Positions 1 to 13,189 of a DNA stretch of 62,000 bases are shown here, piece after piece. Under the pieces are notes generated by a model, which did no database searches, had not been told where the DNA came from, and saw only the letters and a list, made by a program, of their open reading frames with translations. The number at the start of each line of letters is the position of its first letter. The first letter of the stretch is position 1. Source of the DNA: Vicugna vicugna (Eukaryota); assembly GCA_013265495.1 (NCBI GenBank), contig MU058645.1, positions 558,001 through 620,000 on the forward strand, read 5' to 3'. The position numbers and the translations under genes are program-made.

Positions 1-276
1 CACTGACATTTTGGAATGAAGGAAGCTTTGGAGCTAGAAATATCTTGGTTTGAATTCCAGCCCAGCAAGTTAGTAGCCTATTTCCACCCCGTTCTGTGAG
101 CAAATACTCATTCTTCTGAGTATTGTATTCATTTTGCCATCTCTTACATTAGTATGATACCTGTCAACAAGCACTTTACACCCATGTCTTGTACCAAGTC
201 TGGATTATGAGACAGAACTAGTATTTTACCTTAACTTGTCCAACACATGTTGGCTGTTTAACGAGATCACCCCCCA

Positions 277-622
277 CAGTGGGCTGAATGTTTACACCTC
301 CCCTCTTAAATACCTACGTCCAAACCCTCCCCCCAAGCTGATGGTACTAGGAGGCGGGGCTTTGGGAGGTGCTTAGGTCATGAGGGTGGAGCCCCCACGA
401 ATGGGATTAACACCCTCCAGAAAGCTCTGTTTTCACCCTGTGAGGACACAAGAAGGTGGTCCTCCACAACCTGGAAGAGGGTTCTCATCAGAATCTGACC
501 AGGCAGGCTCCCTGATCTTGGACTTCCAGGTTCCAGAACCATGGAAATAAATTTACATTATTTTATAAATCATGCAGTCCGTGGTGTTTTGTTATCACAT
601 TCTGAATGGCTGAACTGAGAAC
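277..622 (+). mobile_element. ERVL-MaLR solo LTR (MLT1A0-like)
   Basis: Diagnostic segments ggctttgggaggtgcttaggtcatgagggtggagccc and tgatcttggacttccagg...gaaataaattt...tgttttgttat. Confidence 0.85.
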
Positions 623-2923
623 ATATGTTTGGATCTGCATCTTTGACACCAAACATATAAACAAAATAGGATAATCAGTGATGACGTCTGTGCAAGTAAG
701 GAGATTTTTTTCAAAGGCGTCTTTCCCTAGTTATTTCGTCTGACTGCTTCCGCTCGTGTTACCCTTGCTGCTGTTAGAACTTACTCTGACTATTTTGAAC
801 TAGTCACAGAAGGAGGGCAGTTCTGAACAAATAAGGGGAATTTGATAAAAATCTTAAAGAATCAATCAAAAAGGGCATAATCCCAATTTGGATGAGAGCT
901 TTGGGATGATGGCTCCCTCAACTCAAATAAAATGAACATCCCCATGATCAGTGAGCAATTTGCAGTTTCCAGGATGGAAAAGAAGAGACACTTCTGAGAA
1001 AGTGGTCCTGCTAGGGTATAGCAAAGAATGATGGTGGCGGCGGACCCGGGACTTTTTCTACACTTGAGATTTTCTCATAATAGAGAAATGAGATAGACTT
1101 GACCAACGTGAGAAGAAGTGGAGAAAAGAGCTAATTCTCAACAGAGAAGTGGAAACCCAAGAGAAAAAGAGGAAGGACTTAGAAGAGAGGAGACTGAATG
1201 GGACTGGAAGAACAGAGCCATCGGCTTCTGCATGGAGCAGGCTTCCCGGGTCCTGAGCCAGACTGTGGGCGCAGGCGTGGGTGAGGGAGGCCCTTAGGGA
1301 CTGTTTTCCCCAAATGTGTGTTTTTTTGATAAAATAAATCATAAGGAGAGCCAAAGAGCTTAACCAAAAAAACTTTTTGCAGTAGAAAACCAAGAATATC
1401 TGACTATTTAGTTTGTTTTCTGGCCTAGGGGGGAAAGATAACATTCTCACAAGTTATAATGCAGGCAAATATCTCTCCAGACACCAATGCAAACAAGAAA
1501 ATGACAGGAAAGCTCCAAGCTTAAAACCAGACTTCATGGAAAAACTAAAGAATGTATAAATCAAATGTGATATATTTTCACCCATATCTCCTTAATTTTA
1601 GGAGTCTCTGTAGCATAATAGCTTTACTTCGCAAGAATCAAAGACATGAAATAGGCTATTAATGGGTACCTTAGGGACTTTACATGAGTTTAAATCCTCT
1701 TTTCAACTTCCAACCAAACACAAAATAGCTCGTCACTGACTCTTCTTTTTCTGAATTGTATCCACCCCTACGAGGTTATGTTTCCAACATGTTCCGCCAA
1801 ACAATTCATCTTTTGCTGACACCTAAGCCACTGTAACTTCAAATTCATCAGTAAGAAGGGCTTTTAATCAGAACCTAAGAAAATACTGCCACCAAATCAG
1901 CTGTAGAGCAATCTGCCACCTTATGTAGACAAGCTCTTCGATGAGAACTCACAAATACCAAGATTCAAACGGCTCTCAAAATTTAAAAATGGAGGTTAAA
2001 AAGGAAATGGACCTCCTGGACACGTCAGCATTTCCAGGGAATTACAGACCTTTGCACATCTTGTATGGAGGTTTAACTCTGAGCCGAGACAAGGCAATTT
2101 TGTTTGTGCAGCATAGCCGGATGGTCAGAATTACCTGATAGATTTAAAACCTCACAGTAAGTACTGGAGGAGGTGAGATTCTGCCCTCAGGGTGACTGAG
2201 CACTGTTTACAGTGCCTGGATTTGAAGAGTGGGTTCAAATACAATTCACAGACATCCACTCAGGGCTCACGATGTGCAAGATATGGAACAAGGACCTTTA
2301 GCTGGTAGGTAAGTAAAGGAGTGGAGGGGAGTCCTCATCCTGGTGGGTTCGTGAGCAGATGTGACAGGCCACACGTGACAGCTGGAGCGAAGTGGGGGAA
2401 TCTGACAAGGCCTCCCCCTGCTGTGCCATTAACTCTGCGTATTTGGAGTGAGAAGTGGGGCTGGAGCATGAGGTCCATCAATGTGTCAGGATTCCCTTCA
2501 GAAGAAAATGTTCATCTGTGGTGTTTGCCATGAAAATTAGTTCCAGACGAGGAAAGGATGAGGAGAGAAACAGCAGAAGCAGAGATAAAAAAGAGTCAGG
2601 AAGACTCTGCTCTTTCCTCAGCATCCTGAGAAGACGGCTCTTATTTCCTGGTGTTGGAGGCACCAGCCAAGTTAAGAACATTCTGCATCTTTCTACATTT
2701 CTGCAAGACAGGCATATTTCTACTTCTTGTACCCATTACCCTAGTAACAGATCCTAAGTTCAATCTTTCCCATCACAAGAAGGTAAGTCCTTATAACAGA
2801 TCTTCTAATAAAGCCGGAGGCGGGTGGGGGTCGGTCCTCGAAGATAGAAGCTTTCCCCGTAGGCACAAAACCGATAAATAAAATGAGGTTTTCAAGTTAG
2901 AAGCTCAGACCATAAAAGCTTAC

Positions 2924-2959
2924 AGAATAATTGGCCCTGAGGCCCACAAACTTCCAGAC
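2924..2959 (-). other. Candidate 36-nt internal (probably 5' UTR) exon
   Basis: tatttcttttatttgcag|GTCTGG...ATTCT|gtaagc, immediately downstream of the CpG island on the minus strand. Confidence 0.45.
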
Positions 2960-3009
2960 CTGCAAATAAAAGAAATATACTTCACAGTGATGGTCTCCAG
3001 ATGGAGGCC

Positions 3010-3790
3010 CACAAGTGCGGTCTGAGCCAGAAGCCGAAGCGATTTACACACGTGAGTGAGATCAGCGTCCGCAGATTCGGCGAAGGTCACCGGGAGCGCT
3101 CCGGCCGAGCGCCCCGACAAGAGGCCAGTCCCGGCACACGCGCCCGGGCACACGCACCCCCCTCGCTGACGGCTGAGGCTTCGCGAGGACGACGCCCTTT
3201 CCCGGAGGCGGGCGGCGGGCGGGAGTCCCGGGCGCGGGAGGGGCCGCTGAGCCCGGACCCCAGGGGCGGTGAAAGCCCCCCCCCCNNNNNNNNNNNNNNN
3301 CCGCGCCCCTGGCGCGCCCCGCGCCGTCTCAGCGGAAGCGAGGCTGGTCCCCGCAGGCTTCCTTCCCGCTGGGCGCGGCCCGCTCCGCAGCCTGCCTCCC
3401 GGGCCTCCTGCTCGCCCTCCGGCCGCCGCCTGCAGGCCGTCCTCGGGCAGAGAGGCCAGCGGCCCATGCCGGCGGCCCGCCAGTCCCCGTCCCCCTCTGC
3501 TCCGGCCGTCTCGGGCCCTTCCTGCTCGCCCAGGGGGCGCCCCCGGGAGCTGCGTCCGCAGGGGTCTCTGCGCCCCCCCCCCCGTGTGAACGGCCGCGGT
3601 TCCTCCGCCTCCGCCCGCTGCGGGTCCCGCTCCTGCTGCCTGGGGGTCTCTCCCCAGGAATCTCCTGGAAGCTTCCTCCCATTGCCTCCGTCTCTGCCCC
3701 GCGCTCACCTTGCAGGGTCCCCAGGGCCCAGGCTGGTTGTCTCAACTGCCCCAACCCCGTCCCACCGCCGCATCCCGCCCAGCACTCACC
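3010..3790. promoter_or_regulatory. CpG island, probable promoter of a minus-strand gene that extends off the left edge
   Basis: Very high GC and CpG density with GC boxes. Minus-strand donors CAAG|gtgagc (about 3708) and TGG|gtgagt (about 3789). A candidate minus-strand exon lies just downstream. Confidence 0.8.
3286..3300. other. Assembly gap (15 N) next to a C10 run
   Basis: N characters in the sequence. Confidence 1.
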
Positions 3791-3809
3791 CACCATTTGG
3801 CACGTTAGG

Positions 3810-3945
3810 TTTTTTATTTGTTGACTGCCTCTCCCCCGGTCCGCAGCTCCAGGAAGGCAGCGGTTTCTGTCTGTTTCCGGCTATGTTTCGGCTTCTCCAG
3901 TGCCTGGAGCATCGGAGCTCAAGGATCTTTGTCGACTGGAGAATC
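3810..3945 (+). mobile_element. L2 3'-end remnant
   Basis: tttatttgttgactgcctctcccc...tctccagtgcctggagc resembles the L2 tail. Confidence 0.55.
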
Positions 3946-5109
3946 TCTCTGTTTCTCAAGGAGTGATCAATTGACTGCAGCTCACAGGCATAACCCATGT
4001 ATTTGAATTCTTCCGTTAAGAGCTCTTTTGTAACTTAAATCATTCCAACTTGTCCTCCACATGGGAGGGAGCAATGAGATTACAATCAGCTAGGAAGCTG
4101 CGGGGCTGGGATCTGAACCCGGGACAAGGGGGTCAGAACCCACACTCCTCCCTGCTACTTACTGCTCCTCTTATTTCAGCAAAGTGTGAGGAGGGCCCAG
4201 AAGATGGCAGATACCTTCTGCAGACACCCAGACATACAGAGACACCCCTGGGACCCGGGACCGCCCACTCTCTGGGAGACAAACACACGATAACGCTGGT
4301 GGCAAGAGGAAGCCTCGGCAGCGGTGGAGGTGCAGAGAGGCACAGAGAGGTCTCCCCAGCAGAGGGTGCAGCAGAGCAGCCCCGCAGGGGTGAGAGGAGT
4401 CCCGACGTGTGGGAGGCCTCACAAGCTGCTCAGTGTTTTGGGTCACAGCCCGTGAGGATGGAGGAGCAGGAACCGAAGCTGTATCCACGCCGATACACAC
4501 GGACACGGTGTGTCCACGACAGATCACATCGGGGAGGCAAGGACAGACTTCCACAGTTGAACTCTCCTGATACAGAGTATTTCAGGGCATTTTCAGATCT
4601 TTAAACAAACCCAGCCGTGTGACATTGTATTTCACACGCCTGTAAGCTCATAGCCTTAGTGTAACAAGCAGCGAAGTCACACAACACCCACGCGCACCGC
4701 GAGGTGTGCCCTGTATGTGAATAAATGTAATCAGTACGGTCCACGTGCCCAGACGCTTGCCTGGTGGGCTATACAGAGATTCTTGGTTCTGTATTCGCTT
4801 TCCCTGGATGAGCAATAACCTCCTACCTGATCCGCCTCCTTCCTCCCTGGAGACCAGAGTGAGCTTCTCAGAGGGAAGACCCAGTCGGGGCACGTCTTAC
4901 CTTCAAGCCCTTCACTGGCAGAGACTGGCATCCTCACACGTGTGGTCATGAGACCTGGGAGGTCATCCGTGGAGAAGTGGCCCCTCCCCGTCAGCGGACC
5001 TGCAGTGTCATCCCGTTTTTTGAGCTCACTTGGGGTAACTTTTCCCCGGCTGCCTCTTCTTGCTGCGTCTTTAAAAAGCCAGACTGCTAATCCCATCAGG
5101 ACCATTGCC

Positions 5110-5585
5110 AGAATGTTATATCCTAGTTGTCATCAGAATCCAACCCAAATGTCACCTCCTCAGTGAAGCCTTCCCTGACCACCTTACCCAAAGCGGTTCC
5201 CCGCCTGGGGCTGGCGTCATGGGCGTGGGACCAGCCCAGGGGCAGGGGCCTTGGGCGCAGGAGGGCCCTGTGCTGGGCCTGGTGCTCTATATGGCCATCT
5301 TGAAGCCCTGCCTTGCTATTTTTTTGACAGCAGGCCTTGCACACTGTGTCCCCAGTTCTCCCCTTGCTCCAGGTTGCCTCATCCCATTCGGCTTTCTACG
5401 TGGCACTTCCCATTATTCAAAGTGATCCCTGTTGTTAATCTGCTCACTGACCTTTCCCCTCTCTAAGACGTGCGCTCCCACAGAACAGGAACGTCGCCAG
5501 CCTGGCTCACCACTGGGTCTCCGGCACCTGGAACAGGGCCAGGCGGAGAGTGAGTCTCCGTAAGCACACGGTGAATTAATGACGA
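5110..5585 (+). mobile_element. L2 3' region interrupted by MER91
   Basis: caaatgtcacctcctcagtgaagccttccctgaccacc and later ctccggcacctggaacagggccaggc...tgaattaatga. Confidence 0.7.
5208..5360 (+). mobile_element. MER91A-like hAT-Tip100 non-autonomous DNA transposon
   Basis: gggctggcgtcatgggcgtgggacc...gggccctgtgct...gccatcttgaa matches the recalled MER91/Zaphod terminus. Confidence 0.6.
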
Positions 5586-5799
5586 AGGCAGAGCGCTAAA
5601 AATACAGCAGGGAGTCCAAAAAATGCAGAAAGGAGTGGATGTGAGCTGGGCCTTCTGCCATGGCTTCAGACTCATTTCTCCAACACCGGTCATCCCACTG
5701 ATGTGAGACACCGATTAATAAAATAAGCACGTGTCATCCTAGGGTAAATCCATCCCCACAGTTGAAGAACCAAAATGGCGCTTAAATAGTGCACCTGCC

Positions 5800-6290
5800 A
5801 GGGGTCCCGTCCCGGAACCGCCTCCTCCCCTCCTCCTTCCTTGTGGAATCCCGGTGGTGTTCGGGGCCCCTCCTCCTGCCATCTGTGCTCCTCTGGGAAG
5901 TGACCTCAGCCCCGCTCCAGCACTGGACCGGGCTGGCCTGGCCACTTCCAGGTGCCTAGATGGGAAGTCAGGACCAAGGCAGGCTGGGCCGGGCAATCCT
6001 GAGGGCATTCTTCCCAGCTCTTCCGAAAGAGTTTCTGCAGCTGAGTCTCCTCCCCTGACCCTGTCTGTCCCACCATGGGTCTCGGAATGACTAAGTCTTA
6101 ACTCACCACCAGCCGAGAAATAAAAGCTTCAGTGGAAGGAGGGGAAGCCCAAGAGCTGCGCGCTGCTGGGGCTGGAGCCGCTGACTGAGCCTGAGACCCT
6201 CCAGGTGCAGGGGGCCAGCCCATTTCCCGTTTAAGCCGGTTTGGTCGGATTCTCTGTTTCTCGGAGTCAGCGGTGTCCTAACTGATCTGT
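5800..6290 (+). mobile_element. Old MaLR LTR (MLT1J/K/L-like)
   Basis: 3' end tttaagccggtttggtcggattctctgtttct...gtcctaactgat. Confidence 0.55.
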
Positions 6291-6619
6291 AATGATCACT
6301 TTTCTGCAGAGAGAGAACATTAGCGAGATAGGACCTAACTGCATTCGTCATATAGCTTCTGCTGCGTTCAGTGATGTGCAGTATTTAAAAATACCATCAA
6401 CTTTACTTTTCCAAATATGTCACTATATTCATGCTTGAAAACAGAGGCTTTAGCCTTTTATGGCATGTTTGAGGGTTATACCCATCAAGGCAGAACGTAC
6501 ATCACAGGGTCTTTGTCAAGACAGTGGGACTGAAGGACTGTGGTGAGGAAACCATCTCTGTGTCTAGGACCAGAGCCCCGGCCCCACCCCATCCTCACTT
6601 GGGGCCAAGACAGAGGTCA

Positions 6620-6790
6620 TAAGCTCTCCAGCTTCTGTGACTCCGGTTGTGTGATAGGACCTACTGCAGCAACACCGACCTCGGAAGGTTACAGTGAGGA
6701 TTCCATAAACTGACGCTGGGAGGAGCACGCCCAGTGCCTGGCGAGCCATGAGAGGTCCACAAGCAGTGACTGCCCTGGTCACTGTTGCAT
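6620..6790. mobile_element. MIR remnant
   Basis: Core-like aaggttacagtgaggattccataa...cccagtgcctggc. Confidence 0.5.
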
Positions 6791-6879
6791 TAATCAAGGG
6801 GGGAAGTGGTGCATGATGGGCCCCTGCCCGTGAGAGATAGGAACCTCCTTGGAGAGATGGATGGGAGTTGTTTACAGAA

Positions 6880-7415
6880 AGACACAAGGTGCAAATCAGC
6901 AAGCTCCGGTGGCCTGAAGAAGAGAAAGTGCCCACAGGGCTAAGGCAGAAGGACCTTCTGGTGGAGATGGACAGAGGTGGACAGGAAGAGCGGCCAGAGG
7001 TCATGTGGGAGAGGAGGACCTGGACCCAGAGGGTGGACCTGACGTCTCCCACAGAAACAGAGAAGGAGGGAAGGAGGCGGGGAGAGGCCAGGTGCCCGTG
7101 GTCAATGGCTGGGGGGGAGGGCTTCAGCACCAAAAGGTTAGCAAAGTAGTGTAAGATGTCCCCGAAGAGAGCTGGGCATGGGCAGTTCATGAAGGCTCCA
7201 GCCTTCTAACTATATTCAGAGGACAGCTCTTAACATTTTCTGAACACAGCAGGAACAAACAAACAAACAAACAAACAATATGTTTTTAAGAAAATTTAGT
7301 TTACTTTTAAGACCTAAATACACAAAGGATAGAATCTTGAAGGCAAAGAGGCCATTAAAGAGGTGTTTTTCATGTCCAGGTGTGAGAGAGAGTGTGGCCT
7401 GACTGGGGCTTTAAT
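6880..7415 (-). mobile_element. L2 remnant containing an (AAAC)n tract at 7255-7277
   Basis: Purine-rich antisense L2 motifs (gggcagttcatgaaggctcc, gtccaggtgtgagag...ggcctgact). Confidence 0.5.
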
Positions 7416-7589
7416 ACAAGGATGATGACGATGATAAAATCACCTCCAACCTCTCTCCGTCTCCCCTGTCATCTTCACAGGAACAGCTAATATTTTTCAC
7501 TCTAGGAATTAGTCGAGAACACCAAAATGGAGACAATGTTAATAGTGTAGTTCTTTTAAAAAAAGGAAGTCTGTCCGGAGCGCTTCCAA

Positions 7590-8310
7590 CCACAAGAGGG
7601 CGCCCCTGGGCCCAGGAGCCGAGCGGGGCTTGCGCCCTGGGTCTTGAGTGGAACTTGCAGGAGGGCTGCCCGGAGGTCGCGCTGAAAGGGGCTAGTTACC
7701 CGGGCGGTCACAGAGCGGCGACAGCCCCTGGCGTTCACCTGCCTGTGACGCCCGTGTGATCCTATGACCAAAGAAAGCATTGAGCTGTTACCAAAACTAC
7801 GTGCGCCGAGACTCATGCCCTGCGCGTCAGGATTCGGATTCTTTAGGCGGACCGTCACGGCGCAGCCCGAGCGGGAATGTCCTGACCCCCAGAAGACGCT
7901 CTCCGCCTGCGAGCCCCACTCTGCGAGGGGACAGCTCCCGCACGGCCCCATGCCATCCAGATCCAGCCGAAGCTCCGTTTCCCGACGTGGCCAACCACCG
8001 GAGCGCGCCCGGGCATCCGAGATTAAAAATAGGACGCTGAGGCCGAGCGCCCGGCCGGCCGGCAGATGACAAGGACGCGCAGGGCCTGGACCCCGGCCAG
8101 GCGGCCGTCCGCGCCCTCGGCCACCCCGGGAAGGGGAGGAGAGGTGGACGTTCACAGGGAGTCCTGCCAGGAAACGGCTGGGAGGCCGGGGAAGGGTGGG
8201 GAAATCGTTTTCCTGTGAGTCAGGGGACAGCAGCTGTCACCACGGAGGGAGAGAGGGGTGGCAAGCCGGGTGCAACCCTTCACCCGAGCAGTAGCAGCTG
8301 AGTCAAAACA
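7590..8310. promoter_or_regulatory. CpG-rich enhancer or alternative promoter
   Basis: CpG-dense 7600-8130. CTCF-like CCACAAGAGGGCGC at 7590-7603, MEF2 TTAAAAATAG at 8023-8032, AP-1 TGAGTCA at 8216-8222 and 8299-8305, and CAGCTG E-boxes at 8231 and 8295. Confidence 0.6.
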
Positions 8311-9929
8311 AGCAGTCAGAAACATGAGGCCCCGAAAAAGACAGTCATTCTCGCCACATCAAAGCAGTGATTAGCGCAGCTTCCTGGCTGCCTCCCTCTG
8401 TTTATTTCTGGTCCATTACACATTTTGATGCTATTTTCATAAGGTATTTCAGCTGCCACGGTGCTGTATTTGGGAGACAAAGTGCCCGAGAGCTGCTGCA
8501 ATTATCAGGCACCCTACCCCTGGCCGTACACGAACCCAGTGTCACCTGCAACGACAAAACCTCCCAAAAGGAGACACAGAAGAGAGGGTGTTGCCAGGGC
8601 CTCCCCGCACAGCCAGCGGGAAGACAGAACGGAAGGAGGGGCGGGGGCGGGGAGGAGGGTGCAAGGACCACGTGCATCTCCCCCAGTCGTGTGTGGGGAG
8701 AGGGCAACTTGGAAGTGTTTGTCCAGACGCTTCTCTCATTCCATCAGAAGCCCAGTCGTTTGCTGGTGGGGACTGTTCCTTCAGCTCTGGAGTTCAGCAG
8801 CCCTCCCCCCAAAGGAACTTCATTTTCCATACATCTGAATTCATACCCGTGTCAGAGACGGGCACAGGGAAAGTGACAAGTCACTCAAAGTTTTCTCCTC
8901 CTTCCCCGTGACTTCCTCTCTTTTAAAAAAAGAGACGATCACTTAGGGAACAGTTCTGTTCCATATCCTATCAAACAGACAAGATGCATTTTTCCCTGCA
9001 GATAAATTTAGTAACAATTTCCTCCAAGTCTGCCTTCTCCTTACAATTAGTCCCCTTGAAACACACAGGTTGGTTTATGTGTGCCATGGGAAAAATCAGT
9101 AACTCAGCATTCCGACCTAAAGGAGGTAGGAGCCAATACAAGGAAGTCAGGACAGCAAAGGAGAATGACCCGGCTGCCGTGACCGGCCCTGGGCGAGGTG
9201 ACTCAGGAGGGGTGCCTGGGTGTTGAGCCATCACAGCCTGGCCGTGTGCGAGCCCGTGATTCGAGAGGCTGGTTTCAGATGGACGAATGTTCAATATGAT
9301 GTCATCACAGCACTGAATTCAGTGTCGCAGCTCCCACTGAAAGCATTGATTGCCCCACCGACACTGTGGATGTCTATGGAAAGTTAGAGACTGGCGAGCA
9401 TCCGGAACCATCAATGTCTGTTTTTGCCACCCGACAGTTCATAGCTGGTTTCCTTGTTTTTATGTCTGAAACCACTGCCCAGTGACCCTGCCCTTGGCTG
9501 AGACACCTCTGGGACCCTTGGATTTATCTGAGGACTGGTCTCTTCACAAAAGTTTCCAAGAGCAGTGCCAACATTCCCGGGTGGACACCTGTCCTCTAGG
9601 AACTGGGCTGGAGCCCGAAATGCATCTCACACAGGCCACTTAAAAGCCATCCCAGTATAACTTGGGTCAGAATTTAACCAGCTACCTACAAATAAAGTAC
9701 ACCCCATGACTCCACTCTGAAGGCATCTGATTCTCTAAAGCCTCATTTCCAACAGTTGCATCAGCTGTAAACACACACCACAAGCTGGTGCTCAGTGGCA
9801 AGGTCTCAGCAGACAGCAATGTCTTTTTCTGCATTTCTGAAACTAAATTGGTTTGATTTTGGCACAGTCTTGAAGCATCAACTTGCTAAAACAAAGGCTC
9901 GGGGACGCTTACGTTTTGGGTGCTCCCCT

Positions 9930-10140
9930 AACCCTAATAATGACAGCTAAGTTTTACCGAGTGTCAGGCCCTGACTGTTCCACGCAGTTCCCAAGCATCA
10001 TTTCAGCTGATCCTCATAGACGCTCTCAGAGAGGGGCGTCAGGCGGACGAAGGCGCCAAGCGACAGTCGTCCCGTCCTTGCTGATGACTTGAAGGCAGCG
10101 AACAGTGGAGACAGACGCTGAGCCCAGACAGACAGCACGG
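9930..10140. mobile_element. MIR remnant
   Basis: taataatgacagctaagttttaccgagtgtcaggccctg...gatcctcata. Confidence 0.5.
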
Positions 10141-10726
10141 GAGCTCCCCGTCCTCCCCGACGTGCCCCCGCTCCACCTCCTCGTCCACTTCACCTGGTTA
10201 AAGTCCCCGAAGTCGTGCCTCAGTGAATAAAAGCACATCCTCTTGTCTTTGATGAGAGAAATAGAACTCAGTAGAAAAAGGGAAGAAGAGTCATTTCTAA
10301 AATTCTCAGCGAGAGTCAGGTAGCTCAGGACCACGACATTCCTTGCTCAGTGTGGGGACTTGTTGCTGCTGCCGTTGTTTTGGTTTGACTTTGTTTGCTT
10401 TGGTTTGTTTCACTGGTGGTGACGTTTCTCATGGTATTAGGAGGACTACGTGGGTTGAAATGTGTTCCCCAACACTGCTGTGAGATTCAGACCAAGCTGT
10501 CAAAGACCAGAGTGGTGAGTTTGCCGGCAGGAAATATGACCAAAACAGAGAAGTAGAAGGCATTTTCTCCAAAGCACCAGGGCTCCCAGAACATCAGTGT
10601 GTGCCAGGGTATTCCCAGGGCCCCTGGACCATCCAAGGGTTCTGGAGAAAACGGTTTGGTCAGAGATCTCCCCTTACACACGCATCATGCAATTAGGAAG
10701 TAACATTCTAGCTGGGGTCCCACCGG

Positions 10727-10740
10727 CCACTAGGGGGAGC
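10727..10740 (+). promoter_or_regulatory. CTCF-like motif
   Basis: CCACTAGGGGGAGC, one mismatch to CCASYAGRKGGCRS. Confidence 0.5.
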
Positions 10741-13189
10741 CAGGGTTATGGGTGTCCACATGTTCTTAAGGTCACCAGACCTGGGAGAAGATTATTAACT
10801 GCCCCGCAGCTGTTGTCACACCTTCACACCTTCACACACAGCAAAGCCAGCTCTATCATCTCTGTGTGTAGCGGAGAGAGATGTACCCAGGAGGAGCCAG
10901 GCTCCATGCTGAACCGGTAGCCTCAGCCCAGGGCCGCCAGCAAAGGGCCACAGGAGGCCCAGCGCCAAGGGGGCAGACGTGGGCGGCCAGGTCCACGAGG
11001 GCCGCTCTCAGAGAAGGTGGAGACGCGTTTCCAAGCGACAGGCCAAAGTGGTGCTCACAGCGCAGCGGACGGCTTTGCGCCCAATAACTGAGCCACAGCT
11101 GGATCACTCTGGTCCTGGAGCACTGGGTCTCTGGGCCCCCAGCAGCCTTTTCATGGTACACATTCCAAACCCCAGCGCATGAGGGCAGAGCAGAAGTCCC
11201 GTCGGGGGCACCGCGTCCCAGCACGTGAGCACGAGAAGGAGCCTCAGCAGTCACCCGGCTCAGCCCTCGGCCACTGGCCTCCGCGCTCACGTTCTCGGGG
11301 GGGGGGGTGCTGACACCACTTCCCAAGCCCAAATTATACATTATACTCATCTCTTTGGTCAAAGAAAAGAGGAATGTAAACTCAAAACCGTATTGACAGT
11401 ATTGACCCATTAGGGCCCCAAATGAGTTATACTTCTGGCCGCCCAAGTGAAAGACGCACATTCTTTGTGTCTTTGACAGACAGCATCAATTTCCGGAGCA
11501 GGCAGATTCTTCCCCAGACCAAAGAAAACTGAAGCCTCTGATAATACCTTGGGGAGAAAACACGCCTGCCCTTCTCAGTGTTCTTATAATGACATGTAGG
11601 TGCGTGTGCTGCTCTGAGTGCAAACGTCTAGCCGACCTGATGTAAACAGGGGTCTGGATGCCCGTGTAGACCAGCCCAAGTGCACGACAGACAAACAAGC
11701 TGGCTGTCCCCCCTCCCCTCCTTCTGTAGGAATTTGGCTTGAGATGAAGGTTTGATCTTTTAGTAATAACATTCTCAGTGTCCAACTGAGTGCAGCCAAG
11801 GGAAATGAACACGTCGGCTGCTGAACGTGGTTTTGCCGTAGACTGACGTGGCCGCTCACCAAGGATTAACCTCTTGTTGCCCCCGGCCCCTCCCCTCCAA
11901 AAGATGAGCCATGATTTCAACCCAGACAACTTGGATACCTTAAAACTCAGTGGCCACAGAACCTAATGGAACGATGTGACTGTCTCACCAAGGTTACACT
12001 CTTTCACAATCGGAACTATTTTGGTCCCAGGCATGCTTCTGGCCTTCACAGTGAGATGGAAATTCAGTACCCTTCCAAGGGAGAAGCAAAAGAATGATGT
12101 GTGCACAGAAGAAATCCAGTTTCCCAGAGCCGGCCTCGGGGGGCCTTGGGGGGCCTCGGCGAGTCTGAGGAGGCAAATATTCTGAGTTGTTCGAAAAGAG
12201 CTGGTTTCTGGCTGCTGGTTGCTGTTCCTAGCTCTGGTCCAATAGTGCAATTACCATTTTCGTCTTATTTAGGGTCACTTTTGGTGCCTGTGGCCTCAAC
12301 CTTTCATCAGCAGAAACAATTTGGGATGGTGTGTCCCCAGCACTGCCCAAGAACTATATGCTTCCCTAAAAAAAGGACTCGGAAGGCAAGTAGAAAGAAA
12401 AGATTCAGCTGCCGGCTTACACCTTCCCCGTGACTGCTTCAGAAAGTTTAGCTGAAACTGCCCAGGACGGGGACTTTTAACCGGCTGGAATGAAACAAAT
12501 TCATAACCACTTGTCCTAGGGGAAATCATTGTCAGAAAAAAGAAATTTCTAGAATTCCTGTGTAATCCATACATGACAGAAATAACTCAAATTTACTTAG
12601 ACTCGACCAACTCTTTACATCTGGAAGAAAACTTACTAGATGTATCAGGTATGGTTAGACCCACTGCTGTTAAAAATAAAAAAATCACCCCCCAAATTTC
12701 ACCAGCTTGACACTGACCTTTGGACCAGTCTAGTGTGTGAGTTCTTGGTCTGTGGGCAGCTTTCAAGACCTCAGGCTCCTTCTTCTAATACTGAATCCAT
12801 AACTAGGGCCTCGGAGTCTTCAACCTCTAGACACCAGATGGAGAAGGCATGAAGAAGACTTACTGGCTCCCTAACTACTGACAGAGCAATGATAAGCATC
12901 ACTTCTACTCGCATTCCAATGGTCAGTCAAAACTGGTCACAAGACCCCCCACCACACACAAAGGAGGCTGACAGTCGTAGCCCCAGCTGGACTGACAGTT
13001 TTCAATGACAAGGCTTTACTGTGGACAGGAGTTGGCTGGATTTTGGTGGCTGGGTAGCAGTCCCTGCCACATGTCCATCTAGTGCTGGGGTTGGCCCCAT
13101 GCAAAGACCACTGCAGTAGCATGCAACACCACACCATCAATCAATGCCTTGGGAGCCCTGCCAGGGACCAAGAGCTCCCTACTTTGCAA

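Noticed and set aside
2920..3966. Long ORFs of 262 and 321 aa across the CpG island
   Set aside because: Low-complexity Arg/Pro/Gly/Ala translations open on both strands. This is expected from stop-codon scarcity in GC-rich DNA, and they also span an N gap.
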